Below are positions 27,866 to 42,049 of a stretch of DNA of 64,000 nucleotides, in pieces. Position numbers and translations under genes: made by a program. The stretch spans positions 104,656,001-104,720,000 of the forward strand of contig OZ024743.1 in NCBI GenBank assembly GCA_964016885.1, written 5' to 3'. This stretch comes from Eledone cirrhosa (Eukaryota). Each line of letters opens with the position of its first letter. Within the stretch, counting starts at the first letter, position 1. The notes beneath the pieces are model-generated. The model searched no databases and was not told where the DNA came from. It saw only the letters and a list, made by a program, of their open reading frames with translations.

Positions 27866-28216
27866 TGTTTGTTTCTCATCTATCTAGACTACATTTTAAC
27901 CTGTAATACATGTTTCATTTCTATTACATCTCATTCGCCCTCTCTCTCTTTCTCTGTGATATTTGAATCTACTATGATTTGCTCTTACTTTATTCATATA
28001 TATATGTTTTTGCATGTCACATTCAAACTTACAATGATTGGAATTTTAAATATATATATATATAATTTATTTGTTAAAATAATAAAATAAAATTAATTCA
28101 ACAGGTAAACACAAATACGAATAATAAGGTTGTTACCAAAGATTCCTAAATATGTCCCTAAATATGACTATTAGCTCTAGGAATGACATGAACGACACCA
28201 CAGCTTTTAAAATTTG

Positions 28217-28293
<77 letters not shown>

Positions 28294-28329
28294 TTCACAA
28301 GAATCAAAGCTATGTTCAAAGCATTTATT

Positions 28330-28376
28330 CACTTACAATTGTTTCATACAAACCTAGGCTTGAAGTCTTCGGAGAA
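28330..28376 (-). ncRNA. Hammerhead remnant (CCGAAGA core) at the presumed 3' end of the Penelope-like element
   Basis: ttct CCGAAGA cttcaagc ctag gtttgtat GAAA caattg TA agtg, then AATAAA; stem I is weak. Confidence 0.55.
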
Positions 28377-29852
28377 TTTTTCAATGTTTGTACACATATT
28401 TGACCTACTTTCCAACGCAAGAGACATACAGATACATATATATATATATTGATGTACAGTGGAGTGGCATATATTATACTATACTATTTTTGTACAGCAA
28501 ATCAAATTCAAAATCAGAATCAAAATCAAAATTAAAATACATTCGGCAGATAACACAGATAATGCAAGAGGATAGTTTGATAGTCAGGTCTAGTAGGTAG
28601 CGTATGCGTTAGTTACACGTGGAGCATGTAAGTGTGTCTCTTTTTTATACTATTATTGTGTGGCAGGGTGTTACACGTAATGCAAGCACTTTAAGCGGGT
28701 AAGCAAGATTATTATGGTGGTTGTAGTGGTAAGGTATTTTTTGTATAGAACAAAAAAGTATGTGTGCAGAAAAATAAAAATAAAAAGAAGAAGCAAAAGA
28801 AAGTTATGGTTTTCGTATCCACCATCATTTTCACATTCAGAAAAAGTAAGATATAGTTTCTACATCCATCACATAAGTAACGATGATTCCGTATTGAATG
28901 TTTGATGCATTAAAATAAATTATTTTAGCGTATTGAGGCTCAGTGTTATTTAATCCAAGTTTATAGAATAGGTTGATTCTGCTGCGAGAATTTACAGCGG
29001 TTTATTACCCGGAAGTATGTGTGTAATTAAGGGGAGTTAATGCATAAGGGGAGGTAACTAGTCGAATCTCATAACTAAATTCATTGTTCTAACATACATT
29101 ATAAGGCGCCTCAATTGAGTCCCTTCTATAGACGGTTATACATTTATATCTAGTTTCCAATTTTAAATACAGTCTACTCTATCATGATGTACTAAAGGTA
29201 TCTATATTAAGTTGATTACTCACTATTATATAGTGCTACAATTGAATATTCCATACAAAGTGCCATACCTTTATATCAAAGTTCACTGTAAATGCAGTCT
29301 ACTCTCAGAACATATCAGGGGACCTATTAGAATTTTGTCTACATAACCCCTGGCAAGTTATGGAGCAGCGTATGGCTGTTTGCATGGCAAAACAAAATAC
29401 ATCTCTAGGGCAGACAAATACATCCCCATTTACAATGTCATTAATCTATCCATCAAGTTATACTTGCATATATAATTCATATATAATTCATACATAATTC
29501 ATTGCAGCACCCTACATATAAGTTAGACAGATCTCTTATGTTAATAAATTAATCTTATATATATCCAATGTTATCACTCCATACATTTAATTACAAATGC
29601 ATAAATAATTCATTGCCGTATCTAGTATTTAAAGTTTATATAGACTGTATTGTATCATTATATAATTATAAGTAATTGAAAGTAATTATATTAAAAGTAG
29701 GTGTTTATGGGGATATTTCTAGGGTATAAAGTTATAGATAGATGGAATGATTTGTGTCGAGATAGGGTGGATCAGAGAGTGTGGAGTTGTGGTGTAAGGT
29801 GTGCCCTTGAGGTGTGGAGTTAGAAGTGGTGATGGGTTCAAGTCCGACATTG

Positions 29853-30668
29853 TTATATATTGGGTTTAAAGTTTTGGAAGGAGTGCCGGAAGCGGTGCTG
29901 GCACGACGCAAACACTTCCGATTTTTTATTAAGGAGGTTATGGTTTGAGAAAATTATAGTATGGGTCTCTAGTAGACAGAGGTTACAGAATTTATTAGGT
30001 GGTTTGTACGATGCTGCCTTACCTATCACTTCCCATTGAAGTGTATAAGATATATTTCTAGTTTTTAGATAGTGTATGTAGCTAGATAGTGAAGTGGAGT
30101 TGGCTAGACTGTGTTTTTTGAAAGAATGGAGGTGTGAATTGTATCTGGTTTTGAAGCAGGTCGAAGTAGAGCCTATATAGGTTTCAGAAGAGTTGCTAGT
30201 TCTGACGGTGCATGGGTATATGATGTCCTTGATTAAGTAGTTTTTATCTAAAGGGCAGGTTCTATTAGATCTTCAGTTACAATTATTTTGGATGTTAACC
30301 TGCCGGTTATTATGTTGTGTAGAAGTCTGGTTGCTAGGTATTGCATTATGGCTATGGGGGTAGTCGCTCCTAGCGTTATTGCTTTCACTAGTGCTATTAC
30401 TATTATTACTATTGATATTAGGATTTGCAGGTATTACGTTGTTTTGAAGGTTTACCCCCTGCTGTGTTTTAGTTTGTTGGAAGTAAGTATTAATTTTTCT
30501 TTTATTGCTACTAGCTATGTGGTATGCTATGTTAGGCGTGGTAGAGTAGGAGATTTTAATGGTGTTTTTATTTATAAGACGCTGGTACTTGTGGCCAGAT
30601 GGGAAGTGTTTATCTAGGAGTGAGAAGAAAGTCTTAGGTAGGTTGGTAGAGACGTTTAGATTGTAAGC
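29853..30668 (-). pseudogene. Penelope-like element ORF C-terminus (thumb/linker and GIY-YIG endonuclease), 5'-truncated, with stop and frameshift
   Basis: YNLNVSTNLPKTFFSLLDKHFPSGHKYQRLINKNTIKISYS…CN*RSNRTCPL…DIIYPCTV…ETYIGSTSTCFKTRYNSHLHSF…STSLS…WEVIGKA…CNLCLLE…LNKKSEVFASCQHR. Confidence 0.88.
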
Positions 30669-30685
30669 TTGAATCTAACTGACAT

Positions 30686-30846
<161 letters not shown>

Positions 30847-31031
30847 TTTGCATGTCAGTTAGATTCAAGCTTACAATGATTGGCATTATATATATATGCA
30901 GAGGTTATATTTAATTTTTTGGGATCCAACAAGCTTAAGAATATTTATAAGTGATATAAAGCACTCAACAAATTATTGGAGTAAATATACAATATATTAA
31001 CAAATGGAAACTATATTTATAAAACCATATT

Positions 31032-31098
31032 TATTTTATTATACATATTTTCAAGGGCCACCAAGGCAAATTATGGTGCGCTTTCATCAGATAAAATA
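31032..31098 (-). ncRNA. Type I hammerhead ribozyme, second copy of the 9632 family
   Basis: tattttat CTGATGA aagcgcacc…ggtggccctt GAAA atatgta TA ataaaata; the downstream ~80 nt also match the sequence downstream of the 9632 copy. Confidence 0.72.
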
Positions 31099-31435
31099 CA
31101 ATACAGATTAGTTTTATAAATAAATATTGTGTCTTTTCGTTTAGACAAATCACAGAGGCAATAAACATAAATGAACTCCAACCAAAATTAAATAGAAAGC
31201 ATGAATGGAATAGCAACATCACAACTTACAATTAAGGACAAAATGAAAACACACACACACACATAGAACAAACAACCAACCAGTAATATGTAAATAAACA
31301 AATAAATAAACAAATATAAACACACACAGACACCCGGATGTAACACATGCGCAAACTAAGCACACAACACACACAAAAACAAGATGGCGTAGGACAGAAC
31401 AAAGGAGAGGCACAAAAACAAAGAAAAGAATCCCA

Positions 31436-31478
31436 GTCACTGAAGAGGTCACAGAATGTGTGACGAAAGAACTTTGAC
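31436..31478 (+). ncRNA. Minimal type I hammerhead ribozyme
   Basis: gtca CTGAAGA g gtcaca gaatg tgtgac GAAA gaac TT tgac. Confidence 0.62.
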
Positions 31479-31690
31479 AATATATGAACAATCGTCTGGT
31501 TGTGGAACCAACCAACCAGCCAACGGGAAATTTATAAATTCCTAAATTTATAAATTTAATTTATAATAAATTGAAGTGAAAGCAACTGGTGCGTGTGTTT
31601 CTTATTGGCAACATGACCCTCCCAAAGTATAACAATATCGGTTTCAACACATGTTTTCAGATAAAGAATCTTGCTAAACAAATTCAGAAA

Positions 31691-31744
<54 letters not shown>

Positions 31745-31816
31745 TTGTTTGTGAGTGTGTGTGTGTGTCTATGTATGTATGTTTGCATGCCTGAATGAAT
31801 ACACTAAGATTTAGAT

Positions 31817-32640
31817 TTAGTAGAGTGTACAGCCACTGATTCCAGCTCGTTTGTAACCTCGTGCCGCGTCCTCGTCAGCAGCGTTCTTCAAAACACAATA
31901 GAACCCTCTGTGTTCAGAGAACGTGAGGCCGCCTGTGAGACGTGGGACCGGGTGAGACTTAGCCCAGTAGACGTCCCTCCTCCTTCTCCCCCTGCTGACG
32001 GCAAGTTCCCCCAAAGCACTTGGGATGCCATCCAGCGCAGCCTGGTCTCAAACCCCACAGTGGTGCCTGGCTCCATGCCCTGCCCCCTTCTCCACTAGAA
32101 CGCAGCTAGACAACAATAGCCTGCGCATTGGCGTTTCCTTGAGGCTCGGCCTCCGGATTTGCGAGCCACACCAATGTCACTGTGGATCCACCGTGGACTC
32201 TTTCAGCCTCCACCCGCTTTCCTGTCGCCACAGTGCCGGCCGCCTTCCACGCCATGCTGCCATCAACGAGGTCATAAAGCATGGCTTGGACGCTGCGGGC
32301 TTCCCTTCTCAGCTTGAGCCGGTGGGGCTGGATCGAGGGGACGGCAAAATGTCAGATGGCATAACCATCTTCCCGTTCCGCGGTGGCAAACCCCTCGTCT
32401 GGGACGCTACTTGCACCGACACTTTCTGCAGCCGCACTCTGGTGCAGTCTGCGACTAACCCAGGTTCTGCTGCACGTCGGGCTCAGGAGGCCAAGCACCT
32501 CAAATACCGGTCGCTCTCCGACAGGTTTGCGGTTGTACCCCTGGCAGTAGAGACTTCTGGGGTCCTCGGCCCTAGGGCTACCTCCCTACTCACCACCATA
32601 GGCGCCGAACTGGCCAGCCGCAGGTGTGAACCTCTTTGTC
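31817..32640 (+). mobile_element. CRE-clade RLE non-LTR retrotransposon fragment (C-terminal zinc knuckle and endonuclease)
   Basis: PHSGAWLHALP (shifted frame), LRLGL…CHCG…HPLSC…RH, EPVGL…DG…LVWDATC…AK..KY…PLAVETSG. Confidence 0.82.
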
Positions 32641-32844
32641 TTCAGATATTTTCTTAACGAAAAGCATTGGCCCCTAAAATACTACAGTGGGCCCTGCAAT
32701 GCTAGTAGTAGCCGCTGCAATACTACAGTGGGCTCCCTTGGATCTACTTACCATTAGGCAAGCTGGTAATCTGGCCAGTCTGCCACAGTATACATATTTA
32801 TATACATATATATATATATATATATAATTCTCTGAGTGAAAAGA

Positions 32845-32930
32845 ACCTTCTGAGGAGAGTCATTCTTTTCAATGGAGGCCCGTAAGGACTGTCCATTTAT
32901 TTTTGTGACTCGAAACCGTTCGGTAAAGGT
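32845..32930 (+). ncRNA. Canonical type I hammerhead ribozyme with extended stem II
   Basis: acctt CTGAGGA gagtca…aatgga…tccatt…tgactc GAAA cc gttc gg TA aaggt; G10.1-C11.1 pair; GUA site. Confidence 0.85.
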
Positions 32931-32996
32931 AACCATAGCAGGTAAAGTGAATTTTTTGAAATTTATTTTAAAACTTATTCTTATTTGCTAAACTTG

Positions 32997-33101
<105 letters not shown>

Positions 33102-33403
33102 TCATGTGTGTGCATATATATATATATATGCACACACATGAATCTTCCAACTGTTAGAAAAGAGAATATGAGAAAAGATATTGAAAAAAAATATATATAT
33201 GAGAGTCTAAAATATAGTAATTGATTCTTACGCAAGATACCACCGGGTGTGATGGAAGCCGGGAACTAATAATTGTGAAGCAGACTCCTTAACCATTTGG
33301 CTATGCTGCCTCCAGGAAGTAGCTGTAGCAGTAGAGGTAGTAGTAGAAGTGGATGCGGTGGTAGTAGTAGAGGTTGAAGTTGTGGTAATGGTTGTAGTAG
33401 TAG

Positions 33404-36400
33404 TGGTAATAGTACAGGTAGATATAGTGACAGTAGTGGTATTAGTACAGGTAGATATAGTGACAGTAGTAGTAATAGTATAGGTAGATATAGTGACAGT
33501 AGTAGTAATAGTACAGGTATATATAGTGACAGTAGTAGTAATAGTATAGGTAGATATAGTGATAGTAGTGGTAATAGTATAGGTAGATATAGTGACAGTA
33601 GTAGTAATAGTACAGGTAGATATAGTGACAGTAGTAGTAATAGTATAGGTAGATAGAGTGACAGTAGTAGTAATAGTACAGGTAGATATACTGACAGTAG
33701 TGGTAATAGTATAGGTAGATATAGTGACAGTAGTAGTAATAGTACAGGTAGATATAGTGATAGTAGTGGTAATAGTATAGGTAGATATACTGACAGTAGT
33801 GGTAATAGTATAGGTAGATATAGTGACAGTAGTAGTAATAGTATAGGTAGATATAGTGACAGTAGTAGTAATAGTATAGGTAGATATAGTGATAGTAGTG
33901 GTAATAGTACAGGTAGATATAGTGACAGTAGTAGTAATAGTATAGGTAGATATAGTGACAGTAGTAGTAATAGTATAGGTAGATATAGTGACAGTAGTAG
34001 TAATAGTACAGGTAGATATAGTGACAGTAGTAGTAATAGTACAGGTAGATATAGTGACAGTAGTGGTAATAGTACAGGTAGATATAGTGACAGTATTAGT
34101 AATTATACAGGTAGATATAGTGATAGTAGTGGTAATAGTATAGGTAGATATAGTGACAGTAGTAGTAATAGTATAGGTAGATATAGTGACAGTAGTGGTA
34201 ATAGTATAGGTAGATATAGTGACAGTAGTAGTAATAGTATAGGTAGATATAGTGACAGTAGTAGTAATAGTATAGGTAGATATAGTGACAGTAGTAGTAA
34301 TAGTACAGGTAGATATAGTGACAGTAGTAGTAATAGTACAGGTAGATATAGTGACAGTAGTAGTAATAGTATAGGTAGATATAGTGACAGTAGTAGTAAT
34401 AGTACAGGTAGATAGAGTGACAGTAGTAGTAATAGTACAGGTAGATATAGTGACAGTAGTAGTAATAGTATAGGTAGATATAGTGACAGTAGTGGTAATA
34501 GTACAGGTAGATATAGTGACAGTAGTAGTAATAGTACAGGTAGATATAGTGACAGTAGTGGTAATAGTATAGGTAGATATAGTGACAGTAGTGGTAATAG
34601 TACAGGTAGATATAGTGACAGTAGTAGTAATAGTATAGGTAGATATAGTGACAGTAGTGGTAATAGTATAGGTAGATATAGTGACAGTAGTAGTAATAGT
34701 ATAGGTAGATATAGTGACAGTAGTGGTAATAGTACTGGTAGATATAGTGAGAGTAGTAATAATAGTACAGGTATATATAGTGACAGTAGTGGTAATAGTA
34801 CTGGTAGATATAGTGACAGTAGTGGTAATAGTACAGGTAGATATAGTGACAGTAGTAGTAATAGTACAGGTAGATATAGTGACAGTAGTAGTAATAATAT
34901 AGGTAGATATAGTGACAGTAGTGGTAATAGTACAGGTAGATATAGTGACAGTAGTAGTAATAGTACAGGTAGATATAGTGACAGTAGTAGTAATAATATA
35001 GGTAGATATAGTGACAGTAGTGGTAATAGTACAGGTAGATATAGTGACAGTAGTGGTAATAGTACAGGTAGATATAGTGACAGTAGTAGTAATAGTACAG
35101 GTAGATATAGTGACAGTAGTGGTAATAGTACAGGTAGATATAGTGACAGTAGTGGTAATAGTACAGGTATATATAGTGACAGTAGTAGTAATAGTATAGG
35201 TAGATATAGTGACAGTAGTGGTAATAGTACAGGTAGATATAGTGACAGTAGTAGTAATAATATAGGTAGATATAGTGACAGTAGTGGTAATAGTACAGGT
35301 AGATATAGTGACAGTAGTAGTAATAGTACAGGTAGATATAGTGACAGTAGTGGTAATAGTATAGGTAGATATAGTGACAGTAGTAGTAATAGTACAGGTA
35401 GATATAGTGACAGTAGTGGTAATAGTACAGGTAGATATAGTGACAGTAGTAGTAATAGTACAGGTAGATATAGTGACAGTAGTAGTAATAGTACAGGTAG
35501 ATATAGTGACAGTAGTAGTAATAGTATAGGTAGATATAGTGACAGTAGTGGTAATAGTACAGGTAGATATAGTGACAGTAGTAGTAATAGTACAGGTAGA
35601 TATAGTGACAGTAGTGGTAATAGTACAGGTAGATATAGTGACAGTAGTAGTAATAGTACAGGTAGATATAGTGACAGTAGTGGTAATAGTATAGGTAGAT
35701 ATAGTGACAGTAGTGGTAATATTATAGGTAGATATAGTGACAGTAGTGGTAATAGTACAGGTAGATATAGTGACAGTAGTAGTAATAGTACAGGTAGATA
35801 TAGTGACAGTAGTAGTAATAGTACAGGTAGATATAGTGACAGTAGTGGTAATAGTATAGGTAGATATAGTGACAGTAGTGGTAATAGTACAGGTATATAG
35901 AGTGACAGTAGTGGTAATAGTACAGGTAGATATAGTGACAGTAGTGGTAATAGTACAGGTATATAGAGTGACAGTAGTGGTAATAGTACAGGTAGATATA
36001 GTGACAGTAGTAGTAATAGTACAGGTAGATATAGTGACAGTAGTAGTAATAGTACAGGTAGATATAGTGACAGTAGTAGTAATAGTACAGGTAGATATAG
36101 TGACAGTAGTAGTAATAGTACAGGTAGATATAGTGACAGTAGTAGTAATAGTACAGGTAGATATAGTGACAGTAGTGGTAATAGTACAGGTAGATATAGT
36201 GACAGTAGTAGTAATAGTACACGTAGATATAGTGACAGTAGTGGTAATAGTATAGGTAGATATAGTGACAGTAGTGGTAATAGTACAGGTATATAGAGTG
36301 ACAGTAGTAGTAATAGTACAGGTAGATATAGTGACAGTAGTAGTAATAGTACAGGTAGATATAGTGACAGTAGTAGTAATAGTACAGGTAGATATAGTGA

Positions 36401-39400
36401 TAGTAGTAGTAATAGTATAGGTAGATACAGTGACAGTAGTGGTAATAGTACAGGTATATAGAGTGACAGTAGTGGTAATAGTACAGGTAGATATAGTGAC
36501 AGTAGTAGTAATAGTACAGGTAGATATAGTGATAGTAGTAGTAATAGTATAGGTAGATACAGTGACAGTAGTGGTAATAGTACAGGTATATAGAGTGACA
36601 GTAGTGGTAATAGTACAGGTAGATATAGTGACAGTAGTAGTAATAGTACAGGTAGATATAGTGACAGTAGTAGTAATAGTACAGGTAGATATAGTGACAG
36701 TAGTGGTAATAGTACAGGTATATAGAGTGACAGTAGTGGTAATAGTACAGGTAGATATAGTGACAGTAGTAGTAATAGTACAGATAGATATAGTGACAGT
36801 AGTAGTAATAGTATAGGTAGATATAGTGACAGTAGTAGTAATAGTATAGGTAGATATAGTGACAGTAGTGGTAATAGTATAGGTAGATATAGTGACAGTA
36901 GTGGTAATAGTACAGGTAGATATAGTGACAGTAGTGGTAATAGTACAGGTATATAGAGTGACAGTAGTGGTAATAGTACAGGTAGATATAGTGACAGTAG
37001 TAGTAATAGTATAGGTAGATATAGTGACAGTAGTGGTAATAGTACAGGTAGATATAGTGACAGTAGTAGTAATAGTATAGGTAGATATAGTGACAGTAGT
37101 GGTAATAGTACAGGTAGATATAGTGACAGTAGTAGTAATAGTATAGGTAGATATAGTGACAGTAGTAGTAATAGTATAGGTAGATATAGTGACAGTAGTA
37201 GTAATAGTATAGGTAGATATAGTGACAGTAGTAGTAATAGTACAGGTAGATATAGTGACAGTAGTGGTAATAGTACAGGTAGATATAGTGACAGTAGTAG
37301 TAATAGTATAGGTAGATATAGTGACAGTAGTAGTAATAGTACAGGTAGATATAGTGACAGTAGTGGTAATAGTACAGGTATATAGAGTGACAGTAGTGGT
37401 AATAGTACAGGTAGATATAGTGACAGTAGTAGTAATAGTACAGGTAGATATAGTGACAGTAGTGGTAATTGTACAGGTAGATATAGTGACAGTAGTAGTA
37501 ATAGTATAGGTAGATATAGTGACAGTAGTGGTAATAGTACAGGTAGATATAGTGACAGTAGTAGTAATAGTACAGGTAGATATAGTGACAGTAGTGGTAA
37601 TAGTACAGGTAGATATAGTGACAGTAGTAGTAATAGTACAGGTAGATATAGTGACAGTAGTAGTAATAGTACAGGTAGATATAGTGACAGTAGTAGTAAT
37701 AGTACAGGTAGATATAGTGATAGTAGTAGTAATAGTACAGGTAGATATAGTGACAGTAGTAGTAATAGTACAGGTAGATATAGTGACAGTAGTGGTAATA
37801 GTACAGGTAGATATAGTGACAGTAGTAGTAATAGTACAGGTAGATATAGTGATAGTAGTAGTAATAGTACAGGTAGATATAGTGATAGTAGTAGTAATAG
37901 TACAGGTAGATATAGTGACAGTAGTGGTAATATTACAGGTAGATATAGTGACAGTAGTGGTAATAGTATAGGTAGATATAGTGACAGTAGTAGTAATAGT
38001 ATAGGTAGATACAGTGACAGTAGTGGTAATAGTACAGGTAGATATAGTGACAGTAGTAATAATAGTACAGGTAGATATAGTGACAGTAGTGGTAATAGTA
38101 CAGGTAGATATAGTGACAGTAGTGGTAATAGTACAGGTAGATATAGTGATAGTAGTGGTAATAGTGTAGGTAGATATAGTGACAGTAGGAGTAATAGTAT
38201 AGGTAGATATAGTGACAGTAGGAGTAATAGTACAGGTAGATATAGTGATAGTAGTGGTAATATTACAGGTAGATATAGTGACAGTAGTAGTAATAGTATA
38301 GGTAGATATAGTGACAGTAGTGGTAATAGTATAGGTAGATATAGTGACAGTAGTGGTAATAGTATAGGTAGATATAGTGACAGTAGTGGTAATAGTATAG
38401 GTAGATATAGTGACAGTAGTAGTAATAGTATAGGTAGATATAGTGACAGTAGTGGTAATAGTACAGGTAGATATAGTGACAGTAGTGGTAATAGTACAGG
38501 TAGATATAGTGACAGTAGTAGTAATAGTACAGGTAGATATAGTGACAGTAGTGGTAATAGTACAGGTAGATATAGTGACAGTAGTAGTAATAGTACAGGT
38601 AGATATAGTGACAGTAGTGGTAATAGTACAGGTAGATATAGTGACAGTATTAGTAATTATACAGGTAGATATAGTGACAGTAGTAGTAATAGTACAGGTA
38701 GATATAGTGACAGTAGTGGTAATAGTACAGGTAGATATAGTGACAGTAGTAGTAATAGTATAGGTAGATATAGTGACAGTAGTAGTAATAGTACAGGTAG
38801 ATATAGTGACAGTAGTAGTAATAGTATAGGTAGATATAGTGACAGTAGTAGTAATAGTACAGGTAGATATAGTGACAGTAGTAGTAATAGTATAGGTAGA
38901 TATAGTGACAGTAGTAGTAATAGTACATATGGATATAGTGACAGTAGTGGTAATAGTAGAGGTAGATATAGTGACAGTAGTAGTAATAGTACAGGTAGAT
39001 ATAGTGACAGTAGTAGTAATAGTACAGGTAGATATAGTGACAGTAGTGGTAATAGTACAGGTAGATATAGTGACAGTAGTGGTAATAGTACAGGTAGATA
39101 TAGTGACAGTAGTAGTAATAGTACAGGTAGATATAGTGACAGTAGTAGTAATAGTACAGGTAGATATAGTGACAGTAGTAGTAATAGTACAGGTAGATAT
39201 AGTGACAGTAGTAGTAATAGTACAGGTAGATATAGTGACAGTAGTAGTAATAGTACAGGTAGATATAGTGACAGTAGTAGTAATAGTACAGGTAGATATA
39301 GTGACAGTAGTAGTAATAGTATAGGTAGATATAGTGACAGTAGTGGTAATAGTATAGGTAGATATAGTGACAGTAGTAGTAATAGTATAGGTAGATATAG

Positions 39401-40994
39401 TGACAGTAGTAGTAATTGTACAGGTAGATATAGTGACAGTAGTAGTAATAGTACAGGTAGATATAGTGACAGTAGTAGTAATAGTACAGGTAGATATAGT
39501 GACAGTAGTGGTAATAGTACAGGTAGATATAGTGACAGTAGTAGTAATTGTACAGGTAGATATAGTGACAGTAGTAGTAATAGTACAGGTAGATATAGTG
39601 ACAGTAGTGGTAATAGTACAGGTAGATATAGTGACAGTAGTAGTAATTGTACAGGTAGATATAGTGACAGTAGGAGTAATAGTACAGGTAGATATAGTGA
39701 CAGTAGTGGTAATAGTACAGGTAGATATAGTGACAGTAGTGGTAATAGTACAGGTAGATAGAGTGACAGTAGTAGTAATTGTACAGGTAGATATAGTGAC
39801 AGTAGTAGTAATTGTACAGGTAGATATAGTGACAGTAGTAGTAATAGTACAGGTATATAGAGTGATAGTAGTGGTAATAGTACAGGTAGATATAGTGACA
39901 GTAGTAGTAATTGTACAGGTAGATATAGTGACAGTAGTGGTAATAGTACAGGTAGATATAGTGACAGTAGTAGTAATAGTACAGGTAGATATAGTGACAG
40001 TAGGAGTAATAGTATAGGTAGATAGAGTGACAGTAGTGGTAATAGTACAGGTAGATATAGTGACAGTAGTAGTAATAGTACAGGTAGATATAGTGATAGT
40101 AGTGGTAATAGTAGAGGTAGATATAGTGACAGTAGTAGTAATAGTATAGGTAGATATAGTGACAGTAGTGGTAATTGTACAGGTAGATATAGTGACAGTA
40201 GTGGTAATAGTACAGGTAGATATAGTGACAGTAGTAGTAATAGTACAGGTAGATATAGTGACAGTAGTGGTAATAGTACAGGTAGATAGAGTGACAGTAG
40301 TAGTAATAGTATAGGTAGATATAGTGACAGTAGTGGTAATAGTACAGGTAGATATAGTGACAGTAGTGGTAATAGTACAGGTAGATATAGTGACAGTAGT
40401 AGTAATAGTATAGGTAGATATAGTGACAGTAGTAGTAATAGTACAGGTAGATATAGTGACAGTAGGAGTAATAGTATAGGTAGATATAGTGACAGTAGTG
40501 GTAATAGTACAGGTAGATATAGTGACAGTAGTAGTAATTGTACAGGTAGATATAGTGACAGTAGTAGTAATAGTACAGGTAGATATAGTGACAGTAGTAG
40601 TAATAGTACAGGTAGATATAGTGACAGTAGTGGTAATAGTACAGGTAGATATAGTGACAGTAGTAGTAATAGTACAGGTAGATATAGTGACAGTAGTAGT
40701 AATAGTACAGGTAGATATAGTGACAGTAGTGGTAATAGTATAGGTAGATATAGTGACAGTAGTAGTAATAGTACAGGTAGATATAGTGACAGTAGTGGTA
40801 ATAGTATAGGTAGATATAGTGACAGTAGTAGTAATAGTACAGGTAGATATAGTGACAGTAGTAGTAATAGTACAGGTAGATATAGTGACAGTAGTAGTAA
40901 TAGTACAGGTAGATATAGTGACAGTAGTAGTAATAGTACAGGTAGATATAGTGACAGTAGTGGTAATAGTACAGGTAGATATAGTGACAGTAGT
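33404..40994. repeat. 33-bp tandem satellite, ~230 copies
   Basis: Unit gtaatagta(c/t)aggtagatatagtgacagtagt(a/g); 7.6 kb, frame maintained throughout. Confidence 0.97.
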
Positions 40995-41069
40995 CGATGT
41001 AGTGAATGGGTTTGTAGTGGTATTAGTCGCAGTGGTTGTAGTGGTAGTAGTAGTAAATGTCATAACACT

Positions 41070-41256
41070 AATTGATTCTACTTTTGGCACAAGGCCAGCA
41101 AATCACCAGTACATTACTGGTACTTTATTTTAACGACCCTGTAAGGATGAAAGCAAAGTCAACCTCGGCGGGATATGAACCCAGATCGTAAAGGGTCGTA
41201 ACTACGCTGGAAAGCATGGCGTCCGATCCTCTACCGATACTGCCAACCCACCGCCA
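41070..41256 (-). mobile_element. Meta-core SINE
   Basis: Reverse complement of the 2214/48569 family. Confidence 0.88.
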
Positions 41257-41257
41257 T

Positions 41258-41305
<48 letters not shown>

Positions 41306-41539
41306 GTAGTAGATATAGAGGTAGTAGTTGTGGTAGCAGTAGTAGTGGTATTAGTAGTAGAGATGGATGTAATAGTGGTGTTAGGAGTAATAGTGTTGGT
41401 AGTGCTTGTACTACTAATAGTTGTAGAAAAAATTGGTATTAGTAGTAGATCTAGTGGTAATGGTAGTAGGAGAGGTGAATGTAGTGGCACTAGTGGTGGT
41501 AGTATTAGCAGCCTTTGTCGTAGTTATAGTAGTAATGGT

Positions 41540-41543
41540 TGTG

Positions 41544-41599
<56 letters not shown>

Positions 41600-41747
41600 G
41601 GTGGTAGTAGTTGTAGTAGTAATAGTAGTAGTAGTAGTAGTAGAGGTAGTAGTAGTAGTAGTAGTGGTGGTGGTGGTGGTGGTAGTAGTAGTAGTAGTTG
41701 TAGTAGTAGTAGTAGTAATAGTAGTAGTAGTAGTAGTAGTAGGAGTG

Positions 41748-41779
<32 letters not shown>

Positions 41780-41780
41780 C

Positions 41781-41823
<43 letters not shown>

Positions 41824-41837
41824 TAGTAGTAGTAGTG

Positions 41838-41896
<59 letters not shown>

Positions 41897-41934
41897 AGTA
41901 TTAGTAGTAGTGGTGGTAGTAGTAGTAGTAGTTC

Positions 41935-41966
<32 letters not shown>

Positions 41967-41991
41967 ATAGTAGTAGTGGTAGTAGTAGTAT

Positions 41992-42040
<49 letters not shown>
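41540..42040. repeat. (AGT)n microsatellite
   Basis: Direct inspection. Confidence 0.95.
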
Positions 42041-42041
<1 letters not shown>

Positions 42042-42049
42042 ACCTCCCA

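Noticed and set aside
33404-40994. CRISPR-like array, or repeated recursive splice sites (CAG|GTAG)
   Set aside because: No unique spacers, eukaryotic context, and no polypyrimidine tracts
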